Assembly (NCBI GenBank): GCA_963729715.1 | Contig: CAVSPA010000003.1 | Coordinates: forward strand, 256,001 to 320,000 | DNA: 64,000 nt | Source: an uncultured delta proteobacterium | GTDB taxonomy: Bacteria; Desulfobacterota; Syntrophia; Syntrophales; UBA2185 | Direction: 5' to 3' | Shown here: positions 18,084 to 28,246 of the stretch, piece after piece | Layout: each line of letters begins with the position of its first letter | How positions within the stretch are numbered: position 1 is the first letter of the stretch | Translations under genes and position numbers: made by a program | The notes under the pieces: model-generated | Databases searched by the model: none | Seen by the model: the letters and a program-made list of their open reading frames with translations, nothing else | Told to the model about the DNA's origin: nothing

Positions 18084-19830
18084 GAGACTGTGTCGTAATA
18101 GGTTAGTGACTTTGTAGCATAAGCGCTCTTTGACAAAAGAATATTAGGAACTCGTCACGATATTCAACCTGATAATATTTAAGACACCTGTCAGCACACA
18201 TTCAAATGGATATTCTGTCGGGGCAGACGCACACGCTGATTTCTCTGCTACATTGCGCTGTGGCCGTAATCATACTCAAGGCTGCCAGCTTTTCTCTCAT
18301 TACTCCAACGCCAAAGATCGTAATCATGCGTGCAACATTGAAGCAGGTTGCCAACAGTGAGGTCTCGGCTTGCACTCCATCTCGCCCGCGCAACAGAAAG
18401 GCATCGGTTTTTAGATTCCGCTTAATGTGCCCAAAAGGATGTTCCACCCTGGTTTTCCTTCTGGCGTAAATCTTCTGAGAGGCTGCCTCCTGATATTGCA
18501 CCTCCAGTTTCTGCTTTACCTCCTCACTACGCAGCCGTACAATCCTGCGCCCTCTCTTTGACTTGGTACACTGGCCGTAATGCTTGCAGTTATAACACTG
18601 CTGCTTGTCCGCTATCAGATAATTCCGTTTGCCTTTCCTTTTATTCGTGCCTTGATAACGCAACCGCTGTCCTTCAGGACAAAGGTAGCAGTCCTGCTCC
18701 TTGTCATAGGTAAAATGGCTCTTGCTGAAAGCGCCCTCTTCCTCGTGCAGCGCCTGTCGCTGAGATGGAACAATCACCTTTATCCCTTGTCCGTCAATCT
18801 TCTCAAGTTCGTCGGTGTTGGCATATCCGGCATCGGCGCAGGCTGCATCGCAGGGATTCTTAAACAGCCCGTTTGTCCGCTCAATCTGTCTGGTGAACTG
18901 ATTCATATCGCTGTTTTCGCTGACTGCCTCGGCTTGCACGATCAGCCCATGTTCATCATCCACCACACTCTGTACATTATAGCTGGCATGACTGCCATGA
19001 ACACTCCTCATGATCGCACAGTCAGGATCGGTTTGATTGACCACCTTCCGGTCATTCGCCTGAAAGGTGTCCAGCACCTCTTTAATTCTGCCTTTTAAAT
19101 CATGAGCCTTGGCAAGCTCCTTGTCCATGGCCACATAAGAGCCTGACCCTTCCTCCTGCCGGTCTACGGACTCGCAATCCTCAAGTAACTGCTCAATCCG
19201 ACAGTCTATATCGACCAAAAGCTTTTCATAATAAGCCCGGTTATGGGTCCGGTCACGTGATGCATTAGCACGGATCTTCGTACCGTCAACAAATAAGATA
19301 TTACCCGCGATCAGTTCCAGTTTGATGCATACCTGGGCACAGTGTCGTAAAACCTTTTTCAACGCTTTCTTGTTCCGGCGCCGGAACTCCGCTATCGTCT
19401 TATGGTCAGGTTTCAAACCGCCCATGAGCCAGATAAAGGCTATGTTATGGTAACACTCCCTCTCCAGCTTACGGGAACTCTTCACGCCGTACGAATAGCC
19501 ATATACAAGCAGCTTGAGCATTGACCGGGGATCGTATTCGGCATTGCCTACCTTGTACGGATTGATATTGATTCCCGGTTCATGGAAATCAACAGCTTCG
19601 ACAAAGGCGTCATAGGCCCTGACAGGATCATCCTCAGCCACATATTCTTCAATGCTCTGGGGAAGTAAACTCATCTGCTGACGATCGCCACTTCGATATG
19701 CCATGCTGTTTCTCCTTTCGGAAAAACTCTATCATATCAATGTGGCTTGTGTTACAGCTTTTTCTCCTAAACCTAATATCTTTTTGTCAAAGAGCTTGAT
19801 TATGCATTTACCTAATTACGACACAGTCTC
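18084..19830 (-). mobile_element. IS1182-family insertion sequence
   Basis: Perfect 16-bp terminal inverted repeats GAGACTGTGTCGTAAT (18084-18099) / ATTACGACACAGTCTC (19815-19830) around one transposase. Confidence 0.9.
18202..19704 (-). CDS. IS1182-family DDE transposase
   Basis: YDPRSMLKLLVYGY..SSRKLE, PDHKTIAEFR, VDGTKIRANAS, TDPD, ADAGY, VEHPFGHIK. Confidence 0.92.
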   Translation of the reverse strand: MAYRSGDRQQMSLLPQSIEEYVAEDDPVRAYDAFVEAVDFHEPGININPYKVGNAEYDPRSMLKLLVYGYSYGVKSSRKLERECYHNIAFIWLMGGLKPDHKTIAEFRRRNKKALKKVLRHCAQVCIKLELIAGNILFVDGTKIRANASRDRTHNRAYYEKLLVDIDCRIEQLLEDCESVDRQEEGSGSYVAMDKELAKAHDLKGRIKEVLDTFQANDRKVVNQTDPDCAIMRSVHGSHASYNVQSVVDDEHGLIVQAEAVSENSDMNQFTRQIERTNGLFKNPCDAACADAGYANTDELEKIDGQGIKVIVPSQRQALHEEEGAFSKSHFTYDKEQDCYLCPEGQRLRYQGTNKRKGKRNYLIADKQQCYNCKHYGQCTKSKRGRRIVRLRSEEVKQKLEVQYQEAASQKIYARRKTRVEHPFGHIKRNLKTDAFLLRGRDGVQAETSLLATCFNVARMITIFGVGVMREKLAALSMITATAQCSREISVCVCPDRISI

Positions 19831-20119
19831 GCAGGCAGGAATCCAGTATTTGTTCTTTACTGTATCAGACTTAAATAATTGCCATTGTATTTATAATAAA
19901 ACTGATCTCATCTAAAATTTATAAAATATCTCCTGCACGCATACATTTAAATCTCTATTCTTTTCTCAATTCACATATAGCATTAGTGCTACCCTTCTCA
20001 ACCTCTCCGAGCCCGACGTCTCTCATGATGTTGTTCAATCCGAAACGATAGCCTGAGGCAATCACCAGGGAGCCCTTGGAAGCTGATCCCGATGAGGCCT
20101 TTAATATTGGAGATAGGGA

Positions 20120-20736
20120 TTGACGCACATGTTTTTAAAATGGCTCTTGAAAAGAGATATAAGCAGCACAAGCGGTGTGATCTTCACGAAAATCGAGCTG
20201 CCTGGACATGACATCGCTGTTCCGTTCATTTGCCGGAAATGCGGAATATGCTGCATGACTCACATCCCGAAGTTGGCGGCGAAAGATTTAATGAACATCT
20301 CCCGCTATTTGAAATGGTCACCGGCAGATTTGATTTACCATCACACAGAGGGTTACCTGAAAAGAATACGAGGCAAGCAGAGGCCTGCATATTCCTGAAC
20401 GAGCAAAAGCTCTGCAGAATTTATGACCACCTCCTCCGTCCTGCTGATTGTCGGCTCTATCCCTTTTCCTATGGCGGTGCTGACGCTGATTGTGTAGCAT
20501 ATCTCGAGCATGCTCGAGTCGTTAAAATTCTCCTCATGAATGAAAGGTCTTTTGAGATTTATGATGCGAGTTTCTGTCCCAACCCGGATGTCCGATTAAT
20601 CCCTTACTCGAAATGGCCGGAAATCCGTCGCACACTGAGACTGTCAAATGTGCCAAGAGAGATGATCAGAGCTCTTTTGATTCTGAAGGATGCGCCTCTC
20701 ATGTCCGTGATAACGTTCTTTCTACTGAACAGATGA
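20120..20736 (+). pseudogene. YkgJ/CxxCxxCC-family cysteine-cluster protein, frameshifted near 20375
   Basis: FICRKCGICC in one frame; CIFLNEQKLCRIY..RPADCRLYPF in the next. Confidence 0.7.
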
Positions 20737-20790
20737 AGTGTTAAAAGAAAAATCCCCTTCACTCCATTTGCTAAAGGGGAAATTGGCACA

Positions 20791-21522
20791 TTATGCATCG
20801 ACACCGAGGTAGGCTTCGCGGACGCGCGAGTCGCCGAGGAGTTCCTTGCCCGGGCCGGAAAGGATGATCCTTCCCGTTTCGAGCACGTAGGCGCGCGCAG
20901 CTATGGAGAGCGCCATGCGGGCGTTCTGTTCTACAAGGAGGATCGTAGTGCCCGCCCGGTTGATATCGCAGAGCACCTGAAAGATGTCGCGCACGAGCAT
21001 AGGCGCGAGGCCCATGCTGGGTTCGTCGAGAAGCATCACGCTGCTCCTGCTCATCAGCGCCCTTGCTACGGCAAGCATCTGCTGCTCACCGCCTGAAAGC
21101 GTGCCGCCCTGCTGATCCTTTCTTTTCTGAAGCTGTGGGAAGATGCCGAAGGCCCTCTCATAATCCTTCGCAATCTCTCCCTTGTCTTTTCTCTGCCAGG
21201 TTGCAAGCTTGAGGTTTTCCATAACCGTCAGGTTTCCGAAGATGCCGCGTCCTTCCGGCACCTGCGCCATGCCCATGGCTACTATCCGGTGGGCGGCAAC
21301 GCCGCGCAAATCCTCTTGCCTGTATCTTATCAGGCCGCTGTAAGGCACTATGCCGGATATGGCGCGGAGCGTGGACGACTTGCCTGCGCCGTTTGCGCCT
21401 ATCAAGGTGACGATCTCGCCCTCATTAACCTCTAAGGAAATATTATCCACAGCCTTTATGTTGCCGTAGGCGATGGTAAGATTCTCGATTGAGAGCATGA
21501 TTCCGTTTGCGCCCATCAGCAC
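20791..21522 (-). CDS. livF: LIV-type ABC ATPase (LivF-like)
   Basis: GANGAGKS, VPEGRGIF, LSGGEQQM, LDEPSMGLAP. Confidence 0.92.
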   Translation of the reverse strand: MLMGANGIMLSIENLTIAYGNIKAVDNISLEVNEGEIVTLIGANGAGKSSTLRAISGIVPYSGLIRYRQEDLRGVAAHRIVAMGMAQVPEGRGIFGNLTVMENLKLATWQRKDKGEIAKDYERAFGIFPQLQKRKDQQGGTLSGGEQQMLAVARALMSRSSVMLLDEPSMGLAPMLVRDIFQVLCDINRAGTTILLVEQNARMALSIAARAYVLETGRIILSGPGKELLGDSRVREAYLGVDA

Positions 21523-22283
21523 TTCACCTCGCCAAGATATACTTCCAGAACGCGCGGGTTTTTCTGAATATCGCGCGGCAGTCCCTCTGCAATAGTCTCA
21601 CCGAAATCGAGGACAAGAAGCCTTTCGCAGATATTCATCACCAAGTGCATCTTATGCTCGATGAGGAGAATGGTCAGGTTGAACTCCTTCCTGATCCATT
21701 TGATAAATTCCATGAGCTGTGAAACCTCGTTGGGATTCATGCCGGCGGCAGGTTCATCGAGGAGAAGTAGCTTTGGTCTTGTTGCCAATGCCCTCGCAAT
21801 CTCCAGCCTTCTCTGCAAACCATAGGGGAGGTTCTTCGAGACTTCATCCGCGTACGTGTCCAATTTCAGGAAGGCAAGGAGATCCATGGAATGGCCAATG
21901 ATCTCTTCTTCTTCTTTCTGGAAGCGGCCCATATGGAGCAATGCCTCGACGGGACTGTATCTCACCCGCGCGTAATGGGCGATGCGGACGTTATCGAGCA
22001 CGGAGAGTTCCTTGAAGAGGCGGATGTTCTGGAACGTGCGTGCGATGCCGAGGGCAGTGATCGCGCTCGATGTCCTGCCGATAATTTCCGTTCCGTCGAA
22101 TGAGATGCTGCCACGGGTCGCTTTGTAGACACCGGTAATCAGGTTGAAGATGGTTGTCTTCCCGGCGCCGTTAGGGCCGATGATACCCACGAGTTCGTAC
22201 GGCTCGAGGTTCAGGTTGAATCCGGAGACCGCTGCGAGCCCGTCAAAGTAGTGCGTAACATTCTCTGCTTTCAGGACGGACAT
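21516..22283 (-). CDS. livG: LIV-type ABC ATPase (LivG-like)
   Basis: GPNGAGKTT, ARTFQNIRLF, LPYGLQRRLEIARAL, LDEPAAG. Confidence 0.92.
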   Translation of the reverse strand: MSVLKAENVTHYFDGLAAVSGFNLNLEPYELVGIIGPNGAGKTTIFNLITGVYKATRGSISFDGTEIIGRTSSAITALGIARTFQNIRLFKELSVLDNVRIAHYARVRYSPVEALLHMGRFQKEEEEIIGHSMDLLAFLKLDTYADEVSKNLPYGLQRRLEIARALATRPKLLLLDEPAAGMNPNEVSQLMEFIKWIRKEFNLTILLIEHKMHLVMNICERLLVLDFGETIAEGLPRDIQKNPRVLEVYLGEVKC

Positions 22284-23299
22284 CAGGTACCTGCCTTCTT
22301 TTCACGCCAGAGCCTGCTGGCGAGCATGTCGCGCACGGGCACGAACCAGCGAAATTCCCGGAGTCCCATAATGCCCTTCGGCCGGAAGATCATCAGCAAT
22401 ACCAGCACGAGCGGCATGAAGACCATGCGCCAGATTCCCATGGGCCGCAGGACCTCGAGCAATACCGTGTACACCGTGGCGCCGATTACCGAGCCTGCAA
22501 TCGACCCTATGCCTCCGAGGTAAACCATTATCAGAATGTCCGTCGATTTGATTATATCAAAGGCGCGGGGGTTGATGAACTGGAGGAGATGAGCAAAGAG
22601 CCCGCCTGCAACGCCCGCAAAAAAAGAGGAAACTGTGAAGGCGAGGACCTTCACATGGTTGGTATTGACGCTCATCAGGTCGCTCGCGATTTCATCCTCC
22701 CGGATCGAAAGCACGCCCCTGCCGAAATTCGAGTATATAAGATTGCGTATGACCCACACGGAAATGAGAACCCAGAAGAATACCCAAGGGAGGGTGGAGA
22801 GCTTCTCCATGCCGAGAAAGCCGCGCGGCCCGCCCAGGGCATCTATATTTTCAATGACGGACTTGACGATCATGCCGAAGGCGAGTGTGACGATGGCAAG
22901 ATAGTCGCCTCTTGTCTTGAAGGATGGAAAGGCGACGACCAGGCCGACAACGCCTGCGACCATTCCGCCCGCGATGACAGCCAGGGGAAATAACCAGGCC
23001 GCCATATGTGCAGGAAAAACCTTTACGGTAAGAAAGGAAGCGACATACGCGCCGATGGCCATGAATCCCGCATGCCCCACGGAAAACTCTCCCATGTAGC
23101 CGTTTATAAGGTTGAGGCTCAATGTGAGGATGATATTGATGCCGACGTACATGATGATAAGCTGGACGTAGGGATCGAGAAGCTCGAACTGCTGGATGAC
23201 AAGGGAAAGCGCAAAGACGAAGATCAGCAGGGCCGGTAACAGCCAGCGCTTCGTCTCCAGCTTCTCTTTGAATTGTTTTATGCGTGATGTGTTTATCAT
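22283..23299 (-). CDS. livM: LIV-type ABC permease (LivM-like)
   Basis: LNLINGYMGEFSVGHAGF, RGDYLAIVTL, IREDEIA. Confidence 0.9.
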   Translation of the reverse strand: MINTSRIKQFKEKLETKRWLLPALLIFVFALSLVIQQFELLDPYVQLIIMYVGINIILTLSLNLINGYMGEFSVGHAGFMAIGAYVASFLTVKVFPAHMAAWLFPLAVIAGGMVAGVVGLVVAFPSFKTRGDYLAIVTLAFGMIVKSVIENIDALGGPRGFLGMEKLSTLPWVFFWVLISVWVIRNLIYSNFGRGVLSIREDEIASDLMSVNTNHVKVLAFTVSSFFAGVAGGLFAHLLQFINPRAFDIIKSTDILIMVYLGGIGSIAGSVIGATVYTVLLEVLRPMGIWRMVFMPLVLVLLMIFRPKGIMGLREFRWFVPVRDMLASRLWREKKAGT

Positions 23300-23331
23300 T
23301 TATTCGTTTTTGTCATTCCGATTCTCCCCAT

Positions 23332-23420
23332 GTCATTTCGACCACAGGGAGAAATCTTACAAGTATGTAGTGCAGACCTTCAGGTCTGCCGTGCCAGCAG
23401 GAATAAAGTACTGCACTACA
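23332..23420. repeat. Intergenic REP-like cluster: GTCATTTCG..GAGAAATCT unit plus a GTAG-type REP doublet
   Basis: TGTAGTGCAGACCTTCAGGTCTGC (23366-23389) with inverted CTGCACTACA (23411-23420); first 22 bp recur at 37831. Confidence 0.6.
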
Positions 23421-23433
23421 TGTTCTCTCTTCC

Positions 23434-24309
23434 TCACACCTTCTGCGGGTGCGGTTTACCGAGCATGCCGTAGGGTCTGAATATCAGCAGCACCAATAAG
23501 AGCACAAAGGCGATAAAATCGCGATACGTGGAAGGCAAGAAGGCGACCACCATGATTTCCACGGTGCCAAGGATGTAGCCGCCGATCATGGCGCCGCGTA
23601 TATTGCCTATGCCGCCCACGACAGCCGCGATGAATGCCTTCCATCCCACCATGATCCCCATGTACGGATCGATTACCGGATACGCAAGACCGTACATCAC
23701 GCCCGCAGCGCCGCCGAGACTCGTGCCGATGGCAAAGGTCACAGATATAATCATGTCCACCGGTACACCGAGAAGAGGAGCGACCGTCTTGTCCCAGGAT
23801 ATCGCACGCATTGCCATACCCACCATGGTCCGCCTGACTATCAGATCGAGAATCCACATCAGGACCAGCGAAAGGATTATGACAAATACCTGCAAAGATG
23901 AGATGGATAGATCAAAGAATGTCCATGTCGTATTCTCGAGGAGTTGAGGAATCTGCTTGGGATACGGGTTCAAGGCGAGGGTAAAATTTTCCAGAAACAG
24001 GCCGACGCCGAGGGCCGTGATGATAGCGGAGACGCGCGGCGCCTGGCGGAGCGGCTTATAGGCGAAGCGTTCGATCACCACGCCGAGGAATGCAACGCCG
24101 GTCATGGAAAGGAGAAGTACCGGTACAAAGGGGAGATGAAACGATACAGCGGCAACGAAGCAGAAAAATGCGCCGACCATAAAGAGATCGCCATGAGCGA
24201 AGTTTATCATGGTGAGTATGCCGTACACCATGGTGTAGCCCAGGGCAATCAATGCATAAATGCTGCCGACTTGGAGCGCATTCAGTAGCTGCTGGAGGAC
24301 GTACGTCAT
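23434..24309 (-). CDS. livH: LIV-type ABC permease (LivH-like)
   Basis: GSIYALIALGYTMVYG..INFAHG, KAFIAAVVGGIG. Confidence 0.92.
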   Translation of the reverse strand: MTYVLQQLLNALQVGSIYALIALGYTMVYGILTMINFAHGDLFMVGAFFCFVAAVSFHLPFVPVLLLSMTGVAFLGVVIERFAYKPLRQAPRVSAIITALGVGLFLENFTLALNPYPKQIPQLLENTTWTFFDLSISSLQVFVIILSLVLMWILDLIVRRTMVGMAMRAISWDKTVAPLLGVPVDMIISVTFAIGTSLGGAAGVMYGLAYPVIDPYMGIMVGWKAFIAAVVGGIGNIRGAMIGGYILGTVEIMVVAFLPSTYRDFIAFVLLLVLLIFRPYGMLGKPHPQKV

Positions 24310-24358
24310 TCCGTTACACCTTGCTCTCCCATCGAGGGAGAGGAAAGGTTCTTAATCA

Positions 24359-25522
24359 TCATGGGTTCGCAGTTGCGAAATACACGAATTTTCCGCCCTT
24401 GATCTGCACGATCACGGCGCTCTTTGTGGGATCGCCGGAACCTTCCTTAAACTGCATATTCCCTGTGACGCCCTCGTACTTCGGGATTTTGGCGAGAGCA
24501 TCCCGGACTGAATCTCTGTCAAGCTTGGCGGCGGATTTGAGCGCCTGGAAGAGGAGGCCGAATGAATCGTAAGTAAGTGCCGCGACGTCGTCAGGCAATG
24601 TTCCGTACTTCGCTTTGAATCCCTCGATGAACTTCGTTGCCACGGGCGTCGCCGCGTCGGCGGCATAGTGGGTGCTGAAATAATATCCCTCGCAGTCGTT
24701 CCCGCAGAGTTTGTGCAGCTCCTGGGAGCCCCATGAATCGCTGCCCACAAAGGGCACGTTGATGCCCAGCCTCTTTGCCTGCTGGATCTGGAGCGGTATC
24801 TCGCTGTAGTAGTTCGGCAGGAACATCATGTCGGGCTGCGCCTTCTTGATCTTTGTGAGCTGTCCGGAGAAATCCTTGTCGTTCGTCGTATACGTCTCAA
24901 ACGCTACGACCTTGCCTCCGGATTGCTCGAAGGTGTCCTTGAATATCTCTGCGATGCCTTTGTTGTATTCAGAGGCGACGTCATAGAGGACGGCGGCTTT
25001 CTTTGCCTTGAGAGTCTCCAGCGCGAATTTCGCTACCACACGCCCCTGAAAGGGATCGATGAAGCAGGCGCGGAACACATATTTTTTGGGGACATTCGTC
25101 TTCGCGTCGAGGGTAGTCTTCGGATTTGTCGACCATGGTGTTATCATGACGACTTTAGAACTCTCTGCGATCTCCGAGGCGGGAAGCGCATAGCGCGTGG
25201 CGTTCGGGCCGATGATGGCGTGCACCTTCTGCTGCGTGATCAGCTTCTGGGCTGCGGAAGCGGACTGGTCTGGCTTTCCGGCATTGTCTTCGAGAAAAAG
25301 CTCCACCTTGTATTTCTGTCCTGCTACGTTTATCCCACCCGCGTCATTCACCTCCTTGACGGCCATCTCCGCGGCCTTTTTACACGACTCACCCACGGCA
25401 GGCATGTCGCCGGTCATCTCTGCATTTACGCCGATGCGGACAGTATTGCCTTTCTCGCCGCAGGCGACAAAGAACGCAATTACGACAACGCATAAGATAA
25501 ACAACAGGCCGAATTTTTTCAT
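24359..25522 (-). CDS. LIV-type substrate-binding lipoprotein
   Basis: Lipobox FVAC, VFRACFIDPFQG, DFSGQLTKIK. Confidence 0.9.
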   Translation of the reverse strand: MKKFGLLFILCVVVIAFFVACGEKGNTVRIGVNAEMTGDMPAVGESCKKAAEMAVKEVNDAGGINVAGQKYKVELFLEDNAGKPDQSASAAQKLITQQKVHAIIGPNATRYALPASEIAESSKVVMITPWSTNPKTTLDAKTNVPKKYVFRACFIDPFQGRVVAKFALETLKAKKAAVLYDVASEYNKGIAEIFKDTFEQSGGKVVAFETYTTNDKDFSGQLTKIKKAQPDMMFLPNYYSEIPLQIQQAKRLGINVPFVGSDSWGSQELHKLCGNDCEGYYFSTHYAADAATPVATKFIEGFKAKYGTLPDDVAALTYDSFGLLFQALKSAAKLDRDSVRDALAKIPKYEGVTGNMQFKEGSGDPTKSAVIVQIKGGKFVYFATANP

Positions 25523-25584
25523 ACTACCCTCTGTATAATAAAATTACTTAAAGAAGCGATGCTCAGAATCCGGGAGCGAGCACA

Positions 25585-25681
25585 TCCCGTAGCTTGCTGT
25601 GGGGTAAGCGAGCGAATGGGGAACATTGTTATTCCTTAAGGATCGAAGATTCTCCGCAGTTTACCGCAGAGAGCTTTAATT
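25585..25681. repeat. Short element bounded by two related imperfect palindromes (MITE/PATE-like)
   Basis: CCCGTAGCTTGCTGTGGG ... CTCCGCAGTTTACCGCAGAG. Confidence 0.4.
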
Positions 25682-25826
25682 GTTTATGGATATTTAATGT
25701 AACTCCCCGTCAGGTGCGGGAAGTATAGGAGATGAGGTCATGTAAGTCAATATAATTTGGCGGCGAAAAATTACCGGCACTACCGTGTATTCCTCGAAAG
25801 CGCAGGAAGATTTTTTGTACGCTCAT

Positions 25827-26444
25827 TCATGACCGCGATTTGACGGCCTGATAGACATCGCTGATAATCTGCCCCGACAAGCGCTCCAGAGATTCGCTCA
25901 ATCCTACGGCCAAACCCTCGGCGCTATTTTCCGTGCATGGCGCCGCACGGGAGTAACTTTTCTGGAAGACGACTTGTTTCGTGCTGTCCGTCTGATTCAG
26001 ATCCAGCAGCGTGACATAGATGGTAAGCAAGGCCTTGCGGCTGCCTTTTTGTTCGACGGCGAGGAATTCGGTGATGTTTCCTTCGAGGAGGAAGCGGACT
26101 AGGTCAGTATCCTGGTATGAAAATATACCCCGGAAGAGGTTGGTCTGCCTGAAATCGCGGACCAGGTAGTCGGCGACCATGTATCCCGGGTTTGCGCTCC
26201 AGCGGTCGTACGGAAACTTGTCGAGACCGATTGAACCGGTCCTGAATATCATGGAGTTGCTGTTGTAGAACTGGGCGACAGAAAATCGTTCCACCTTGAG
26301 AGACGCTGCGAGACGTACCGTATCCTTAACGGCAGGTGAGGCATAATCCAGCATGTAGTATTGTGTCCTGCTCGGCGGCTGCGCGCCCGTGCAGCCTGCC
26401 ATAACGAGAATCAGCACAGGAATAAATAGACCTTTTCTTATCAT
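25827..26444 (-). CDS. ABC-transport auxiliary lipoprotein (PqiC-like)
   Basis: Lipobox MAGC, YYMLDY, YDRWSANP; last gene of the MCE operon. Confidence 0.78.
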   Translation of the reverse strand: MIRKGLFIPVLILVMAGCTGAQPPSRTQYYMLDYASPAVKDTVRLAASLKVERFSVAQFYNSNSMIFRTGSIGLDKFPYDRWSANPGYMVADYLVRDFRQTNLFRGIFSYQDTDLVRFLLEGNITEFLAVEQKGSRKALLTIYVTLLDLNQTDSTKQVVFQKSYSRAAPCTENSAEGLAVGLSESLERLSGQIISDVYQAVKSRS

Positions 26445-26506
26445 TCCGTCCTCCCATTCAAAGTGTAATCTGCCGGTTCAACGCATTTAACTGGCTGCGC
26501 GACCAT

Positions 26507-27430
26507 TTACTGCCGTGATGGAGCGGGCTTGCTGAAAAAAAGATCAGAAGGATTGGCCTCGATCCTTTCCAGAAGCCTGTCCAGACTCTCCGATGCCCGT
26601 CTCAGGTTTTCCGTGGCGGTTTGTATATCTACCGCCGATGTCCGGGCAGTCCTGCCGAGGGCATCCATCACCTGATTTGCCTTCACTGCTGTGTCTTTGA
26701 GCCTCATGTCCTTGACATCGCTGTTCAGTTTAGTGAGGAGGGAACGCGCCTCAGCTAGCGCCTGTCTCGCTTCTGCGATGGCTCCTCCGAGGTTGCCTTC
26801 GGCCATGATTTTGTCCAGCCGCTTCATGGATTTGTCGAGGGCCGCTGTCGATGATTCGAGGTTAGACATAATCCGTTTCATTTGGGCGCTGGCGAAGAAG
26901 TTATCCGCGGACTCGGCTGTGGTCTTGATTTTTTCTGAGATGCCCTGGAAGTCGACATGGTTTATTTTCTCAATAACCTCATAGATGCCGGAAAGAATCT
27001 GCTTCGTTTCGGAAGGCCTGGACGGGATGACGGGATATTCAGCGGCAAAGCTGATCTGGGGTGAGAGTTTCATCGCTTCGGGTTGCTGCTGATCCAACTC
27101 GACAAAGACGATGCCGGTGATTCCCACTGCCTTGAGCTGCGTCACCGTATTCCTTGCCACATCGTCCTTCAGGTTGATCTTCATTACCACCTCGATGAGC
27201 TTATTGTCGGGGGCCACGCCGATCTTTGCAATCCTCCCGACTTCCACTCCCCGGTACTTCACGCTGGAGTCTTTCTGGAGACCCTGGACGGATTCGTCAA
27301 AATAGGTTACGTACATCGTCCCCTTTTCGAAATATTGCGAGGCGCCGATCCACACGACAATGCTTACCCCGACGATGATGCCTATGGTGACAAAAAGACC
27401 TATCATAAAAGTTGATGCCCGCCTGGCCAT
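26507..27430 (-). CDS. MlaD/MCE-domain protein
   Basis: N-terminal TM, FDESVQGL..SVKYRGVEVG, GITG, coiled coil. Confidence 0.88.
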   Translation of the reverse strand: MARRASTFMIGLFVTIGIIVGVSIVVWIGASQYFEKGTMYVTYFDESVQGLQKDSSVKYRGVEVGRIAKIGVAPDNKLIEVVMKINLKDDVARNTVTQLKAVGITGIVFVELDQQQPEAMKLSPQISFAAEYPVIPSRPSETKQILSGIYEVIEKINHVDFQGISEKIKTTAESADNFFASAQMKRIMSNLESSTAALDKSMKRLDKIMAEGNLGGAIAEARQALAEARSLLTKLNSDVKDMRLKDTAVKANQVMDALGRTARTSAVDIQTATENLRRASESLDRLLERIEANPSDLFFSKPAPSRQ

Positions 27431-27432
27431 TG

Positions 27433-28206
27433 CTACAAACCTCCCTCTTCTACACCTGTTGCTTTCCTGTTGAAGTAATTGACGACCCTGAGGTCCTGGG
27501 AATGTTCCTTGAGTTCTGCCGGGTCTCCCTGGGCTATGATGCCCCGGACGCTCTTGTCCAGGATGATGACCCTCTGGGCGAGACCAAATATTGACGCAAG
27601 TTCCTGAGTGACAATAACCATAGTCGTTCCCATGGCAGTGTTGATGCTTCTTATGAGGATGTCCAGTTCCGCTGCGGTAACCGGGTCGAGCCCCGCCCAG
27701 GGCTCGTCGAAGAAAAGAAGCAGCGGGTCAAGCGCCATGGCCCTCGCGAGGGCAGCCCTTTTCCTCATACCACCGGAGAGTTCCGAGGGCATATGGTTCT
27801 CATGTCCGGGCAGATTGACCAAGGCGAGTTTCATTTTCACAATGCGATCAATCATGGCTGGCGAGAGATCCGTGTATTCATACAAGGGCAGAGCGATGTT
27901 TTCGAAGAGCGTCATGGAGCCGAACAGGGCGTCCGCCTGGAACAGGACGCCGATTGTTTTTTGGATCTGTCGCATGGTCTCTTCATCGGCTTCGGTTATA
28001 TCCGTCCCGTTGATAATAATCCGTCCTGAAGAGGGTGTTAGGAGACCATTGAGATGCTTCAGGAGGGTGGACTTGCCGCACCCGCTCCCCCCGAGGAGCA
28101 TGAATATCTCGCCATGGCCGACCCGGAAGCTGACGTTTTCCAGAATAATGGTATCGCCATAACGGGCGGTGAGATTTTCCACTTCGATGATGGATTCCTT
28201 ATTCAT
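27433..28206 (-). CDS. MlaF-like ABC ATPase
   Basis: GGSGCGKST, MPSELSGGMRKRAALARA, FFDEP. Confidence 0.88.
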   Translation of the reverse strand: MNKESIIEVENLTARYGDTIILENVSFRVGHGEIFMLLGGSGCGKSTLLKHLNGLLTPSSGRIIINGTDITEADEETMRQIQKTIGVLFQADALFGSMTLFENIALPLYEYTDLSPAMIDRIVKMKLALVNLPGHENHMPSELSGGMRKRAALARAMALDPLLLFFDEPWAGLDPVTAAELDILIRSINTAMGTTMVIVTQELASIFGLAQRVIILDKSVRGIIAQGDPAELKEHSQDLRVVNYFNRKATGVEEGGL

Positions 28207-28246
28207 GCGGTCTTTCTCGCTATTCGTTATTCTGTCCTTTTGATCG

